From positions 62,001 to 126,000 of the IMG/VR virus record IMGVR_UViG_3300034012_003212: a DNA stretch of 64,000 bases, one strand, 5' to 3'. A program made the position numbers and the translations under genes. Below the pieces are notes generated by a model. It saw only the letters and a program-made list of their open reading frames with translations, had not been told where the DNA came from and searched no databases. Positions 27,406 through 37,093 of this stretch are shown piece by piece. Positions within the stretch are counted from its first letter, which is position 1. Each line of letters starts with the position of its first letter.

Positions 27406-28074
27406 TCACACATGAATTGCAAGCAGCTCCGGAAGTTGAACATACTTAAACATCTTCCCTAGTCTATCGTATGTGTATCCATCGTTGTAATAACCCTTCT
27501 CTCCTATGAAATGATCCCAGCCACACTCCATCATGGATTTTGCACGAACAACAACCTGTAGTGTATCTATGTTCTGGAATACAGGAGGGACTCCACTTAT
27601 TACTTGAGGAGCATTACCTAAGTGAGAAGGAAGGGGGCCTAGATGCAATATCTTGCATACAGAAAACTCTGAATCAGGGTTCTCATTGAGTATATCTATA
27701 TTTTTTTTAACAAAATCAGGAAAAAGAAGATTATCATCATCGAGATGGATGATGAATTTGCATACATCATTTTGTATGTCATCCGCAAGTATATTATTCA
27801 TAACATGATGACGCACACCGCCTCCGTATGAATTTGTATTCACTGCGGTATAATCATACACAAGCTTTACGTGTTCCGGTAGCACTTCCTGTATTTCCTC
27901 TACGATTGAGCATGCGTGATCTTCTTTTGGGCCGTCTGAACACACTATCTGAAGAATATCAAGATTATTTGGTTTGATCTGCCATGCAACAGATGTTAAG
28001 CATCTTTTTATTATATCTCCATTTCTCTTATATGTGGGAGTTATGACTGCGATGTATGGATTGATGTTTTGCAT
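27406..28074 (-). CDS. Glycosyltransferase family 2
   Basis: IAVITPTYKR...CSDG...IIHLDDDNLLFPD. Confidence 0.85.
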   Translation of the reverse strand: MQNINPYIAVITPTYKRNGDIIKRCLTSVAWQIKPNNLDILQIVCSDGPKEDHACSIVEEIQEVLPEHVKLVYDYTAVNTNSYGGGVRHHVMNNILADDIQNDVCKFIIHLDDDNLLFPDFVKKNIDILNENPDSEFSVCKILHLGPLPSHLGNAPQVISGVPPVFQNIDTLQVVVRAKSMMECGWDHFIGEKGYYNDGYTYDRLGKMFKYVQLPELLAIHV

Positions 28075-28092
28075 CGTTTCTTGTGTTGATTG

Positions 28093-29346
28093 TTAAAAAC
28101 CTATTCTTTCTTTCTTTCTTCGTGCGTTGTGTTCTATAATGTTCCTGCTGTTCTTCATCGAATATATGGAAGCGAGACTCATGAAGCCTTGGGGCTCATA
28201 ATTATCTATTCCTAGATGTAGCAGGAGTTTTTTTGCCTGTTCTGAGTCAAGATCAAGGAATTCCTTTCTTGCAAGAAGACGTTCTGGTCTAAGTAGGGCA
28301 TCATCTATCATCTCAATATCAATGTTGAATGTTAGTATGATCTGGGTGCCTAGGATGTCGTTAAGGATGCCGTCTGTCGCATTGAGGAGGTTCGATATAC
28401 CTTGACTTCTATACCCTGGATCTCTGCTCTCTATCAGGCTCTCTGAATCTTCTATGAGTATGATAGTCGGATTGTTCATCGTGACTATCCAATCCTGTAA
28501 GAATGTTAGGAACGATGGCTCCATGAACATCTCAACAAAACTTGATGGTATGTATATCACATTCTTCGTGCTCTCTGCTAGCTCCTTTATCAGCATTCTA
28601 ATATAGTGAGTTTTTCCGCTTCCAGGAGTTCCGTGGAATATGAGAAGCCCTTTACTATCAGATTTTAACGTATCAATGACCTTTTGGTTGAAATCAGAAA
28701 ACCCGTCGCCGTAGTGAAGGTCCAGCTCTTCATCAGTCATGGGTTTTACGTGTTCATCGAGGCTGTATCTCCTTATCGTGAGACCGTCTTTGTCTGAACA
28801 CACCATGCCAATTATAGGAGAAGATTCATCAAATTCATCTTCTGACTTTTCATAACATGTGTTTAAAAGTTTCTGTATTTTTTTCTCTATCGAATTTTTT
28901 TGTTTGATGTCAGTAAAACACACTTCGATTGTGCTTATGATTTCCACTTGTTTCTGGCCAGGAATTCCATGGCTGTATGACAGGGAAAGCACGAGGACTT
29001 TGGAATCTTTTGACATGTAAAGATCACACATATCAGATGCAATGAATGAATCTGAATTCTTTATTCCATTTTTCATCCCTTTTCTGAATTGCGCTATTTC
29101 AGAATCATTCTCTATGATTATATCATCAGACGCTGACTGGTGATCAACGTTGAATATCTTCATTATGTTAGAGTGTGCTTTTTCTTTGTTTAGCATGCAC
29201 CGAACCCGTAACGATGAAACTGGCATATCCCCGTTCAGGTGAGACAGGAAACTAGAAGCGTTCACACTCCATGTGAACATATGCGTCCCATGCAGGGGAT
29301 AAAAAATCGAAGATTCTCTATTTAAGTCTAACATATTTGGACACAA
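28093..29346 (-). CDS. AAA+ ATPase
   Basis: Walker A HGTPGSGKT, Walker B ILIEDSE, LLNATDG, SRH-like IDDALLRPERL. Confidence 0.9.
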   Translation of the reverse strand: MCPNMLDLNRESSIFYPLHGTHMFTWSVNASSFLSHLNGDMPVSSLRVRCMLNKEKAHSNIMKIFNVDHQSASDDIIIENDSEIAQFRKGMKNGIKNSDSFIASDMCDLYMSKDSKVLVLSLSYSHGIPGQKQVEIISTIEVCFTDIKQKNSIEKKIQKLLNTCYEKSEDEFDESSPIIGMVCSDKDGLTIRRYSLDEHVKPMTDEELDLHYGDGFSDFNQKVIDTLKSDSKGLLIFHGTPGSGKTHYIRMLIKELAESTKNVIYIPSSFVEMFMEPSFLTFLQDWIVTMNNPTIILIEDSESLIESRDPGYRSQGISNLLNATDGILNDILGTQIILTFNIDIEMIDDALLRPERLLARKEFLDLDSEQAKKLLLHLGIDNYEPQGFMSLASIYSMKNSRNIIEHNARRKKERIGF

Positions 29347-29587
29347 TTTTTATGAATTTTTCATTTTGGATGTAGTTATATTTCATATCTGAAAAAAATA
29401 TGAGTGGAAACGGCATCCAACCGTCCAGACGATACATGATGAGCATTATATCATCGAGCTTTATGACAGTCTCTCTGACGGTGGGATCCGTCCTATATGT
29501 ATCCTTTTCTATGAGATCCTTGCGCCTCAATATCTCCGCATATACCATATGCGCCTTTGTTGGTTTGTATCCATTATCCATTAACAT
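29318..29587 (-). CDS. Hypothetical protein (start moved to MLMDNG)
   Basis: The shorter start removes the antisense overlap with the 29622 gene. Confidence 0.55.
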   Translation of the reverse strand: MLMDNGYKPTKAHMVYAEILRRKDLIEKDTYRTDPTVRETVIKLDDIMLIMYRLDGWMPFPLIFFSDMKYNYIQNEKFIKIVSKYVRLK

Positions 29588-29621
29588 TGATTTGTTTTCC
29601 TTGTAAAACCATAAAATCACA

Positions 29622-30908
29622 TTGCTATATATGTTCTTTGGCGCGCATGAAAAATTCGAACAAGGATTATATTTTGAGGCACTAGAATTGTTCAGGGCCA
29701 CAAAAAATGATGCAGATGACCGTATACGTTATTGGTCGAATATTTTCATTGGAAGATGCATGGATGGATTAAACATGCCAGGGTCTTTGGAACACTACAA
29801 AGAGGCACATGTTGTATTTCCAGGAAGGGCTGAAGCACTCCATGAGATTGGAAAATTCTATTACAAAACAGGGGATCTGATTACGTCAGAAAAATTCCTC
29901 CAGATGGCAAAATCGTGCAATCCTGGCGTTGTATGCATACGTTATGAACACGATAAATACTTCGAGAGGAATCACGAACTTCTGATTGATATCTATGTGC
30001 ATCAATCGAGGTATAACGACGCAGAAGAGCTGTTGTATACTCTAAAACAGAACGGCTCAAAGGAGCACTACGACTATAACAGAGTGAACTATAACCACCT
30101 GTTTGCGAGGCACTACAACAATGTTTTCATTGAATTTGCGAAAGTGAAAGCAGTAAATGCAAAAAAAGAACTGGTTATACAGCTGCCCGATGGATATGAT
30201 GGCCTCGGAGACCAATTGGTATTCAGCCATTTACCCGAACTAGCAAAAAAGACAGGAAGGTATGAAAAAGTGTACGTGTCGGAATTCAATAAATACGGTA
30301 GGCCGGAGTACAAAGATCTTGTGTGGAAAATGAACCCATTTGTTGACGGATTCGTTGATCTTCCAGGGACTTTCACAAATCGTATTCAGTTTGCAAGGAT
30401 CCTCGAGAAATGGATAGATCCAATGCCAGGATTAAATCTTCTGGATTCCATGATGTTACTGCACGACATAGATGACGGGGAAAGGGACCACAAGCCTGTG
30501 TGTTACTATAAGTTGAGGAAAAGAACAGACCTAGATGATATATCAGAAAAAACAATACTCGACATTGGATCAAGGACAATAAGTACGAAGGATTTTAATG
30601 TTGATGTATTTCTCCAGGAACTGGAAAAACAAGGATGTGTTCCAGATTTGTTTATAGTATCAAAGGGGCTGACTAATTCAATGGATGTGGATAAAGAGAA
30701 ATCCATAACACCTGAGGATATCTATGACTGGTGCGATATCATGATGTCGTGCAAAGAATATGTGTGTTTTAATAGTGGTGGGTACTGGCTATCATCCGCC
30801 CTTGGAGTAAAAGGTTCACATGTATGGATAAAGGAAAAAAATCTACCTGCTTGGTCATTTCTTGATCATAGAAACATCCACATGAGCCTTGCTACCATTT
30901 GTCAATAG
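29622..30908 (+). CDS. TPR-domain plus GT-B-type glycosyltransferase-like protein
   Basis: TPR helices (FPGRAEALHEIGKFYYKTG); DGLGDQLVFSHLP...NPFVDGF...YVCFNSGGYWLSSALG resembles GT9/fucosyltransferase motifs. Confidence 0.65.
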   Translation: MLYMFFGAHEKFEQGLYFEALELFRATKNDADDRIRYWSNIFIGRCMDGLNMPGSLEHYKEAHVVFPGRAEALHEIGKFYYKTGDLITSEKFLQMAKSCNPGVVCIRYEHDKYFERNHELLIDIYVHQSRYNDAEELLYTLKQNGSKEHYDYNRVNYNHLFARHYNNVFIEFAKVKAVNAKKELVIQLPDGYDGLGDQLVFSHLPELAKKTGRYEKVYVSEFNKYGRPEYKDLVWKMNPFVDGFVDLPGTFTNRIQFARILEKWIDPMPGLNLLDSMMLLHDIDDGERDHKPVCYYKLRKRTDLDDISEKTILDIGSRTISTKDFNVDVFLQELEKQGCVPDLFIVSKGLTNSMDVDKEKSITPEDIYDWCDIMMSCKEYVCFNSGGYWLSSALGVKGSHVWIKEKNLPAWSFLDHRNIHMSLATICQ

Positions 30909-31137
30909 GGCATTTTGACATTTTGAGGCGCGTCTTTGCATCCAAGAAACAGCCGCATTGTAAACACCTCGGGGATAATCCAGATGATGAAAAATAACTA
31001 CACCTTTCGCACGTGTTCATCCTTGACACTTGCTCTTCATCGGATGCAATGTACTCGTTCACTTTATCCTGAACCTTTTCTATAAACTGAACAGTTGTTG
31101 ATTTTTTCTTTTCCTTCTTGCAGCTGTTACATCCCAT
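30892..31137 (-). CDS. DUF6171-like Cys-rich zinc-binding protein
   Basis: RMNTCERCSY...RCLQCGCFLDAKTRL..KCPIDKW. Confidence 0.7.
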   Translation of the reverse strand: MGCNSCKKEKKKSTTVQFIEKVQDKVNEYIASDEEQVSRMNTCERCSYFSSSGLSPRCLQCGCFLDAKTRLKMSKCPIDKW

Positions 31138-31621
31138 CTATGTACTCCTTGAAGCTTTTTATGTATGTCTGTTTTTGTGATTCTGCCATAAGTTTACGCG
31201 GCTCCGACATCTCCTTTGACGGGCCAGGCACGAAGAAGTTATCGTACTTTGTGATCATGTCCATTCTATCGTAGTTGCTTCCGTCTTTGACTTTAACGAC
31301 AGTATCAGGGTCCAAATTCATCTTCTCATTATCGATAGTTCTTATAACTATGATCGTTGGATTCCCTTTATCGTCGTTCTTTATCTCTTCTATTTTTCCC
31401 TTGAAAATTTCTTCTGTCGTCTTCTCTGAGCTCTGACCTACGACATCGTCTCCAACCTTAAAAACATGAGAATAGTCTGCATCGTTACTTCCATCAACGG
31501 CAGGAAGGCCCGTGTCACGAATATCTCGCACTCGGATTCTAAACGCAGGATTCTCATAGTTTGAGTACGCATCCTGAGATGATGTCTGAAAGGGAAAGTT
31601 CCCTGATAATACTGCGGACAT
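31127..31621 (-). CDS. Hypothetical protein (SH3-like core; possibly virion-internal)
   Basis: FKVGDDVVG...FKGKIEEI; C-terminal LMAES...YIKSFKEYI. Confidence 0.6.
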   Translation of the reverse strand: MSAVLSGNFPFQTSSQDAYSNYENPAFRIRVRDIRDTGLPAVDGSNDADYSHVFKVGDDVVGQSSEKTTEEIFKGKIEEIKNDDKGNPTIIVIRTIDNEKMNLDPDTVVKVKDGSNYDRMDMITKYDNFFVPGPSKEMSEPRKLMAESQKQTYIKSFKEYIDGM

Positions 31622-31635
31622 TTTATAGGTATTTT

Positions 31636-31824
31636 TTACTTCTTCGGCTGCTCAATAGGAATCTGCATCTGTTGATGCTTTACATCCTGGGCATCATTCC
31701 TCAAGAGGTCATTGAGAACACTATTTCCTATGCTCTCAGGTCGATTGATTGATACTTCGTGTATCTTTGAAAAGAAATCATAAGGATTTCCATTCTGAAG
31801 AGATTCATTCAACTTGTTGTTCAT
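31636..31824 (-). CDS. Small protein MNNKLNES...
   Basis: ATG at 31824 lies 14 nt after GATATATA (31839-31846). Confidence 0.55.
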   Translation of the reverse strand: MNNKLNESLQNGNPYDFFSKIHEVSINRPESIGNSVLNDLLRNDAQDVKHQQMQIPIEQPKK

Positions 31825-31940
31825 GGTGTAGTTTTTTTTATATATCTGCAATACATGTAATTTAATTACTTATGGTGACTAATATGAGCATGGTCTAATA
31901 GATATCTCATATATCCAACCGTTTACGCATACTCATATTA

Positions 31941-33092
31941 TCAAGAAACTCCTGTTATCTTAGAAATAGACGCCTTCAATACAGAAGACACTTTACCCAC
32001 AGAACTATACAAGACTCCAGAAACTTTAAGAATATTTGTTATTATAGAAGTATACGTGTAATTATTTGCTACAAATGGACTACTGAAGTATGTAAAATCC
32101 ATTAGCTGCAAGTTAATACTTGTTTTTGCCGCCGGCGGAACGAGCGGATTTCCATAAATAGTATAATCTAATAGTTGTAGATTAGTTGGTAATGTTGATG
32201 TAATTACGCTAGTCGTTACAACTGTGAATGTACCACTTGACGTGAAAGTATGGATGGTATAAGCACCCGATACACTTTTAGTTCCACCTGTTGTTAATGC
32301 AGCATCAATTCCAGAAGAACCATTGGTTTTGTAACGAATGATTACAACCCCAGATCCACCAGAACCACCAGTAGTTGGTGTAGCACTACGACCGCCGCCG
32401 CCACCGCCACCACCTAATCCATTAACACCATTCACGCCACTTGTGTTTAAAGCACCACCATTACCCCCACCACCACTACCACCAGTAGCGCCTGTTGCTC
32501 CTCCTTGGGCACCACCGCCACCTCCGCCAGCATAAAAAGTAGCAGTTCCTGTTATAGAACTCTGAATACCAGTACCCCCTGTACCACCAATACCATCCGT
32601 GACTCCATTTCCTCCAACTGCTCCCGCTCCACCACCACCACCACCGCCTGCATTTTGAAATGAAGAAACGCTTGTACCAGCACCAGCAGCCCCTCCGTTA
32701 TTGCCCTGACCAAGTGTTCCAGTGCCACCAAGATTACTATTACGAAAACCGCCACCACCACTACCGCCGTTTCCACCAACAAGGATAGGACCAACAACTC
32801 TAGCGCCACCACCACCACCTATGGCAATAAGACCAAATCCAGAGGAGTTTCCACCTTGTCTTTGTGCCTCCGTATATTGACCATCGGTGCCTCCTAGACC
32901 GCCACTACCGACTGTGATTGAATAACTTTGAGCAGTAACTGTAACGTTTCCGGTTAATACGCCACCAGCACCGCCAGCGCCACCGCCGCCTCCATTATTA
33001 TCTCCACCGTTTCCACCACCGCCGCCTGCAACAATAAGGTAGTCAATGGATGTATATGTAGATGATATTGATGGTACTCTATTTCTTATCAT
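31941..33092 (-). CDS. Glycine-rich fibre/adhesin-type protein
   Basis: YLIVAGGGGG...SYSITVGSGG...GGSGGSGVVIIRY...YTIHTFTSSGTF. Confidence 0.75.
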   Translation of the reverse strand: MIRNRVPSISSTYTSIDYLIVAGGGGGNGGDNNGGGGGAGGAGGVLTGNVTVTAQSYSITVGSGGLGGTDGQYTEAQRQGGNSSGFGLIAIGGGGGARVVGPILVGGNGGSGGGGFRNSNLGGTGTLGQGNNGGAAGAGTSVSSFQNAGGGGGGGAGAVGGNGVTDGIGGTGGTGIQSSITGTATFYAGGGGGGAQGGATGATGGSGGGGNGGALNTSGVNGVNGLGGGGGGGGRSATPTTGGSGGSGVVIIRYKTNGSSGIDAALTTGGTKSVSGAYTIHTFTSSGTFTVVTTSVITSTLPTNLQLLDYTIYGNPLVPPAAKTSINLQLMDFTYFSSPFVANNYTYTSIITNILKVSGVLYSSVGKVSSVLKASISKITGVS

Positions 33093-33094
33093 AT

Positions 33095-33913
33095 TTAATC
33101 TCCTATGACCGGAGGTCTATTTTTAAATGGATGAGAAGCTGATAGATTACCAGTAAGTCCCCACTTCCATGCAAGGTAACCTTCATGCAACTGACGAATC
33201 TGTCCTGATTGAGAATTAGTCATAATAACAATCTCCGCTATTTGTCCGCCTAAGTATCTATCATATACTGTACCGGTGTACCATGCACCAATATTTAATT
33301 GAGACTGTATATTAAATACACCGGTATTAGCAGTAGTTTGGATTAACTCCCCATCCCTATAAAATGAGTCACTCACCCCACTAGATGCCTCCAAGCCAAT
33401 AATTCTCCATGTATTATTTCCAGTTGTAGTATTATCAATGGCACCGGCCGTTGAATTGGGTAAATGCTCAAAAGTTAACGGTCTATTTACTAAATCGGGT
33501 CTATCCTGTGCAACAAAACCACGGAGAGGGTCCGATAGGTGATTGTTATCGACAAGCGCCTGAATAGTTGTTGTAGAATTACCGATAGTTTGCCATTTAG
33601 CAATAACGTAGATATAAAGTTCCGTAAAACTAGTTGGAAATGATGTTGTTGATAGATAATCATTTGATCCATCAAATACAACTGCTGGAAGTGAATTTAT
33701 TAATGTTTGTGAATAAATGGGTTGGAATGCTGATGTACTCTGTGATATATGTCTACCATTACCGCTCTTATCACGCCATTCACTAATTCCAGTTGAAACA
33801 GTTATTGTACTAGCATCTGCTGCATCAAACCACAAAGCAGGACGAGACAGAGTAGGAGTCCACAACCTCCCCTGCAATCTTGCTTCATCATATTTATTCA
33901 CACCTCTTGGCAT
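33095..33913 (-). CDS. LamG/concanavalin-like lectin-fold tail protein
   Basis: LWFDAADASTIT...EWRDKSGNGRH...VVFDGSNDYL...GQIAEIVI...EGYLAWKWG. Confidence 0.75.
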   Translation of the reverse strand: MPRGVNKYDEARLQGRLWTPTLSRPALWFDAADASTITVSTGISEWRDKSGNGRHISQSTSAFQPIYSQTLINSLPAVVFDGSNDYLSTTSFPTSFTELYIYVIAKWQTIGNSTTTIQALVDNNHLSDPLRGFVAQDRPDLVNRPLTFEHLPNSTAGAIDNTTTGNNTWRIIGLEASSGVSDSFYRDGELIQTTANTGVFNIQSQLNIGAWYTGTVYDRYLGGQIAEIVIMTNSQSGQIRQLHEGYLAWKWGLTGNLSASHPFKNRPPVIGD

Positions 33914-34329
33914 TATACAACCCCCTCATTGAAGTCTGTTACATAGATTTCATTTCCACTCGCTGCAAGTGTTACCCCTGAGTTATTGACTATACTAAAC
34001 CTGAGTGAGAACGGATATAATCTCACCAAAGGAAAGTTAACAATCTTTGAAGATGTGGTCGTGGTAAGAGCCGCTGTGTATAAATCGCCTCCAACTGTTG
34101 CGTCTCCGAGGTCTGTGCTATCAGATGCAGTCACACGGAGAGATATACTACCGCCTGTTGATGGTGTTATACTTCCAAGTTTTACTGTAATGAAACCATA
34201 CAGATTCCTTGTTGAAGAATTGTCATATGTCACACGAGTTGACTCCGAACCATTTGCGAGTGAGTTAAGTGTGGTACTTGCAAGGTTTGCTGACCTTACC
34301 TGTGCGGTTCCCCATTTTGCTGTTGCCAT
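33913..34329 (-). CDS. Small beta-rich fibre-associated protein
   Basis: 138-aa T/S-rich ORF coupled to the next gene. Confidence 0.6.
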   Translation of the reverse strand: MATAKWGTAQVRSANLASTTLNSLANGSESTRVTYDNSSTRNLYGFITVKLGSITPSTGGSISLRVTASDSTDLGDATVGGDLYTAALTTTTSSKIVNFPLVRLYPFSLRFSIVNNSGVTLAASGNEIYVTDFNEGVV

Positions 34330-34358
34330 ATTATATTACCTCCGTTTATTATTATTTT

Positions 34359-34799
34359 TTAAAATCCGCCTCTAGCGATACCAATTATACGCGCATCTAC
34401 ATAAATATTATGATACTCTGACCAACTAGGAAACCTCTCCGATTTTGATAAATTTAAAATAGAATCAACTTGTTCTGATGTTAAAAGATTCAAAGGGGGA
34501 TCTGATAATTGCTGAATCTGTTGACGTGTAACAGATAAAGATATATCTAAGTTCCCCTGCTCTAATACCTTAAATGCCCATTTCATTTGTGGTATTGAAA
34601 ACAGGTTATCTAAGACATCGGAACCCTCATTAATTCCTAATGCAGATAATACGGACCCGAAACCGAGTTCTGTCTTTTTCCACTCAGTGATTATAGGTAA
34701 CGTAGTATCTGGTGAATTAAGGATTTCTGCGACTCTCCAATCAGGCAAAGCAACAACATCCTGTTGTGATATTCTCTGTATTAATTCATCTGGTATCAT
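34359..34799 (-). CDS. Hypothetical protein (possible fibre chaperone)
   Basis: 146-aa ORF inside the fibre cluster. Confidence 0.55.
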   Translation of the reverse strand: MIPDELIQRISQQDVVALPDWRVAEILNSPDTTLPIITEWKKTELGFGSVLSALGINEGSDVLDNLFSIPQMKWAFKVLEQGNLDISLSVTRQQIQQLSDPPLNLLTSEQVDSILNLSKSERFPSWSEYHNIYVDARIIGIARGGF

Positions 34800-34832
34800 G
34801 TTATTTATATTTTACAAGTATTTTTTACGTAA

Positions 34833-36788
34833 TTATGCCTGCGTTACGGTTGCATCGCCAAAGTAAACCGTGCCTGTTGAGGAGCCAAGTGCGTAACTTT
34901 CAAGGTCAATTTGCACCACGCCAGCGGACGATGGTGTGCAGGTGACAGTAAGTTCCTGCCATGTGTTTGCCGCCGCTGTAATGGTAGCGGTTACGTCAGC
35001 ATCGACCCCAGGGGTTACCCAACCTTTAAGACGCACCCGTCCTTCTACGTTCGTGTTTGTCCTTCGTACCCAAATCTTGAACGTAACAAGCGTCGATGCG
35101 CCAACGGCAAAGGGTTGCAATGGCTGAACAAAAGGAACTTCAGAAAATGTATTGGTAGTCGGCACATGGCGATACGACCGCGTGGCAGTGCCGTGTACAG
35201 GCGTGGCCACATCATCTACTACAACACCGGCATTGGAGAATTGATAGCCCACAAATGTTGAATACCGCGAAGCCCTGATTGAGGCTATCATGGCGCTGTT
35301 AGAAAACGGAGTTGCCTCTGATATGCTTGCATTGTTTAGGCGCAAAAGACCTGAATTAGTTGCGCCACCTGATGCGTTGCCTGAGGTTGTGAGACCGTTT
35401 AATTCCAAGCCTCCGGAATTATTAACGCCTTGCTGACTATTGTCACGGCAAACAATATCTTGCGCTATACAAAACCCAGTATTTACGAAACCTACCGCAT
35501 TGTTATTATGCGAAACCGCGTCATTTACAATACAATATCCAGCGGTCGATATTCCGATACCGGCATTGCTGTACGATATGGGACTTTGCAATTTTGCGTT
35601 TGTCGCTGAAATGCCCACGGCGTTCATACTTATTGCAACGTAATTTTCTACATACGCATCCCCTGTGACTGTAGGTGCAGAGTTTGTTCCGTAATGACCG
35701 CAATTTAGAAATTTAAGGTATTGACCTGCCGCTGAAAATGGTGCATTTCCCCACAGAACCGCCATTTTTTCAATTGTTAGGCGAGCATGATTATTAGTGT
35801 GTATGGTCTGCGTTGTCATTATATTGCGGTCGCTTGCTACAAACGTGACGCCGTCCTGCGTACTCATGTTAGTTCTATCCCATCCGCCCGAATAAATGAT
35901 ATTGTTGCCAGTCGATCCCGCTTCATTTATTGTTTGCTGCGCTGTTAAGCGGATAGTATCGCGAATGTATGCGGTTGTTGTGGTTGTGGTGTCGTGCCAT
36001 CCGCGAGAGGTGTTTGTGCCTTGTATGTTGTTTTGCTCTTGCTCAATAATTACCGTTGTTCCATTAACCGAACGAATCGGATACCAAATCATGTTGGTTG
36101 CTGATGACGATGTGCCGATTAACGAGTTGAAGTGCAGGTCGTTGCAGGCAATGATATTGTCAATTAGCACTGTGTTTGTGCCGGGATCAAGAAGCGCACG
36201 AATTGCTACCGACTGTATAGATGATGACAGCGCCGAGCCGTTTTTGAATGTTATAGGCTTGTATGCGGTAGCTGCAAAAACAGTATCAATTGTGAACGAA
36301 TGAACAGGAGTAGCTCCAGCTGTATCACTGCACAGATCAATACGAAAAGTATTGGCAGCGGTCGCAATTGACGTCCGCATCCAAAAAGAAATGTTGTTGT
36401 AGGCTGATAAATTAAGCGTACCTGTGGCTCGATATGCTACGAGACCTGTAGTGAACCCAGCGGCAATAGCAAGCTGTATAGCATTTGACCCTTCTTTTCT
36501 TGTGGTATTAAGAGTAGGCGTTACGTTAGCCGATGCCGTCCACAATGCTTCACACGTATCGATATTCGCAGTCACCGCGCTCGCAAGAGTAATCGTCGGG
36601 CTTTGCTTTGTGAACGTACCGTTAACCCCCAAACTCACGGGGTCGGTGCTTTTCATTATGCGGATAACATCGCCAGGTGCTGTACGTGCGGCGGTTGCTC
36701 CGCTTGTTATAGTTTTCCAGCGATTGGCAAATGTAGTTCCGTCGTTGGAATCGTTGCCGCCGTCAAAATCAAGATAAAATATTGCCAT
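34833..36788 (-). CDS. Tailspike-like beta-helix (pectate lyase-like) protein
   Basis: MAIFYLDFDGGNDSNDGTT...APGDVIRI; Asn/Gly-rich beta-helix rungs (SNAGIGI, NNNAVGF, DNSQQGV). Confidence 0.65.
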   Translation of the reverse strand: MAIFYLDFDGGNDSNDGTTFANRWKTITSGATAARTAPGDVIRIMKSTDPVSLGVNGTFTKQSPTITLASAVTANIDTCEALWTASANVTPTLNTTRKEGSNAIQLAIAAGFTTGLVAYRATGTLNLSAYNNISFWMRTSIATAANTFRIDLCSDTAGATPVHSFTIDTVFAATAYKPITFKNGSALSSSIQSVAIRALLDPGTNTVLIDNIIACNDLHFNSLIGTSSSATNMIWYPIRSVNGTTVIIEQEQNNIQGTNTSRGWHDTTTTTTAYIRDTIRLTAQQTINEAGSTGNNIIYSGGWDRTNMSTQDGVTFVASDRNIMTTQTIHTNNHARLTIEKMAVLWGNAPFSAAGQYLKFLNCGHYGTNSAPTVTGDAYVENYVAISMNAVGISATNAKLQSPISYSNAGIGISTAGYCIVNDAVSHNNNAVGFVNTGFCIAQDIVCRDNSQQGVNNSGGLELNGLTTSGNASGGATNSGLLRLNNASISEATPFSNSAMIASIRASRYSTFVGYQFSNAGVVVDDVATPVHGTATRSYRHVPTTNTFSEVPFVQPLQPFAVGASTLVTFKIWVRRTNTNVEGRVRLKGWVTPGVDADVTATITAAANTWQELTVTCTPSSAGVVQIDLESYALGSSTGTVYFGDATVTQA

Positions 36789-37065
36789 TTTTTAGTTCCT
36801 CCATGTTCTTATTAATTCTCTCTACAACATCTAATAAATCTTGCTCATGCTCATAATATGGTGTGGATAATACTAATGGGAGTGATTTATCATATAAATA
36901 AATCTGCATAGCACCATAGCCAAGAGTCCCGCTAGACTGACCGAGTATATATACGATTGAAAGAAACCCATCGCTTGATGTATATGTATCAAACGATGGA
37001 TTATCAAATGTATTTAAAGTAAAAACCACTTGGTTTTCTATTATTTCTATTATGTAATCTATCAT
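36769..37065 (-). CDS. Hypothetical protein
   Basis: 98-aa AT-rich ORF. Confidence 0.5.
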   Translation of the reverse strand: MIDYIIEIIENQVVFTLNTFDNPSFDTYTSSDGFLSIVYILGQSSGTLGYGAMQIYLYDKSLPLVLSTPYYEHEQDLLDVVERINKNMEELKNGNILS

Positions 37066-37093
37066 GTAATAAAATATTTAATTATTAATATGG

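Noticed and set aside
31941-37065. Diversity-generating retroelement target
   Set aside because: No reverse transcriptase and no adenine-variable TR/VR repeat pair was noticed in the window; a whole-genome self-alignment would be needed to exclude it.
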